Positions 62,737 through 64,000 of a stretch of DNA of 64,000 nucleotides are shown one piece after another. The DNA lies in assembly GCA_963845515.1 (NCBI GenBank), contig CAWJSR010000049.1, forward strand, positions 1-64,000, given 5' to 3'. The notes under the pieces were generated by a model, which saw only the letters and a program-made list of their open reading frames with translations, was not told the origin of the DNA and did not search any database. How positions within the stretch are numbered: the stretch's first letter is position 1; every line of letters begins with the position of its first letter. Made by a program: the position numbers and the translations under genes. Source of the DNA: an uncultured delta proteobacterium (GTDB lineage: Bacteria > Myxococcota > Myxococcia > Myxococcales > Anaeromyxobacteraceae).

Positions 62737-63087
62737 ATGGACTGGAACAACCGCCACTGCGTCCCGTGTGAGGGGGGCACTCCGAAGATGTCGCCGGAGG
62801 CTGCCGGCGAGGGGCTGCGGACCCTCGGCGGCTGGGAGGCACGGGATGGCGCCACCCGGATCCACCGCGACTTCCGGTTCCGCGACTTCAAGGAGGCCAT
62901 GCGCTTCGTGGATGCGCTGGCCGTCGTCGCCGAGGCCGAGGGGCACCACCCCGACTTCAGCGTCCACTACAGCGCGGTGGACGTGGAGCTCTGGACGCAC
63001 GCCATCGGCGGCCTCTCCGAGAACGACTTCATCGTCGCGGCCAGGCTCGACGCGCTGCCGGAGGCGGCGGCCGCCGCGCGCCCGTGA
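62737..63087 (+). CDS. phhB: Pterin-4-alpha-carbinolamine dehydratase
   Basis: CVPCEGG, FRFRDFKEAMRFV, AEAEGHHPD, WTHAIGGLSENDFIVAARLD. Confidence 0.92.
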   Translation: MDWNNRHCVPCEGGTPKMSPEAAGEGLRTLGGWEARDGATRIHRDFRFRDFKEAMRFVDALAVVAEAEGHHPDFSVHYSAVDVELWTHAIGGLSENDFIVAARLDALPEAAAAARP

Positions 63088-63169
63088 CGGGGCAAGGGGG
63101 CGCCTGCGCGGGCCGCTTCACCTGCGGCCCGACCTGAGGCAGACTCCCGCCCTCATGGAGGTTTTCGTG

Positions 63170-63424
63170 ATGAAGACGCTCGCCAGCGCGGCCCTCGCGG
63201 CCATCGTGGTCTCCGGCGCTGCCCTCGCCGACGCTCCCGCTCCTGCGACCACGCCCCCCGCCGCGACCACGGCGACGCCGCCCGCGGTCGCGCCGGCGCC
63301 GCCACGGGCGCCGGCGAAGAAGAAGCAGAAGGCCGGGACGGACGCTCCCCGGAGCGTGCCGCCCCCCGCCGCGGCCTCGAAGGAAGCTCCCTGCGAGCCC
63401 GTGAAGCCCTGCCCGATCGAATGA
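63170..63424 (+). CDS. Small secreted Pro/Ala-rich protein ending in CEPVKPCPIE
   Basis: RBS GGAGG, signal peptide MKTLASAALAAIVVSGAALA-D. Its stop overlaps the VKOR ATG. Confidence 0.6.
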   Translation: MKTLASAALAAIVVSGAALADAPAPATTPPAATTATPPAVAPAPPRAPAKKKQKAGTDAPRSVPPPAAASKEAPCEPVKPCPIE

Positions 63425-64000
63425 ACGCCCGGCTTCGTCCTCCCCTCGTCGCTGCCCTGGTCCTGGCGGCGGCAGGGCTCCTCCTCTCCGTGCTGCTCGC
63501 GCGCCAGCACGTGTCGGCGCACGCCGGGATCGCCAGCGCGTGCAACATCAACGAGTTCGTGAACTGCGATCGGGTCGCCACGAGCGCGTACTCGGTCTTC
63601 CTGGGGCTCCCGGTCGCGGTCTGGGGGATCTTCGGCTACGGGCTCGCGCTCATCCTCGCGGTCTTCGGGCTGAGCGGACGGCGGCCGCACGCGAGCTGGC
63701 CGGCGGGGTTCCTCTTCGCCGTCGCGAGCGTCGCGTCGGCGGTGGCGGTAGGGCTGGCGCTCCTCTCGGAGCTGGCCATCGGGGCGCTCTGCCTCTACTG
63801 CGCCGGCTCCTGGGCGGTCTCCTTCGCCCTGCTCGTCACCGCGTGGCGGGCCTGCCGCCCTGAAGGGATCCTCGCCGCGCTGCGCGCGGACCTGGCCCTC
63901 CTCCGCGCGCGCCCCGGGCGCACGGCAGGGTTCGCGATCGCGGCGGTCGCGCTCGTCGCCCTGGCCGCGCGCGCCCAGCCCCGGTACTGGGACAGGCCAC
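63421..64000 (+). CDS. Vitamin K epoxide reductase (VKOR) family protein (runs off the window end)
   Basis: Manual translation: SACNINEFVNCDRVATSAYSVFLGLPVAVWG...IGALCLYC, giving the four VKOR cysteines. Confidence 0.88.
   Translation, partial: MNARLRPPLVAALVLAAAGLLLSVLLARQHVSAHAGIASACNINEFVNCDRVATSAYSVFLGLPVAVWGIFGYGLALILAVFGLSGRRPHASWPAGFLFAVASVASAVAVGLALLSELAIGALCLYCAGSWAVSFALLVTAWRACRPEGILAALRADLALLRARPGRTAGFAIAAVALVALAARAQPRYWDRP

Overview
Very GC-rich bacterial chromosomal segment whose gene content suggests an Anaeromyxobacter-like member of Myxococcota (inference). About 55 genes are visible. Housekeeping and metabolism: nadE (partial), tkt, malQ, a lipA-E1a-E1b-E2-lipB 2-oxo-acid dehydrogenase cluster, hom, hisC, pepA, phhB and VKOR (partial). 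Respiration: norCB with a diheme NorC, a triheme cytochrome c7 and a ferredoxin. Signalling: two hybrid histidine kinases, an MCP, two Ser/Thr kinases, two divergent ECF sigma factors, and LuxR, TetR and DksA-type regulators. Also present are an MCE/Mla-type transporter, an RHH-PIN toxin-antitoxin pair, four tRNA wobble-modification genes (mnmA, gluQ, tgt, queF) and a lower-GC insert (~29.4-35.0 kb) encoding an ankyrin protein, a coiled-coil membrane protein and a Schlafen/AlbA-HATPase-wHTH protein. The strongest candidates for undescribed biology are: (1) a divergent tRNA-guanine transglycosylase fused in frame to an MnmC/MnmD-type methyltransferase, with REP-like palindromes in the linker; (2) a kinase-coupled ECF sigma factor with a tandemly duplicated sigma4 domain, back-to-back with a second atypical ECF; (3) the Schlafen-containing insert; (4) a TetR-controlled rifampin-phosphotransferase-like dikinase. 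At least seven genes carry apparent single-base frameshifts, most likely long-read sequencing errors, so several ORF-track 'fusions' are artefacts. No rRNA, tRNA, CRISPR array, integrase or transposase was recognised. All assignments come from motif recognition by eye; no database search was run.
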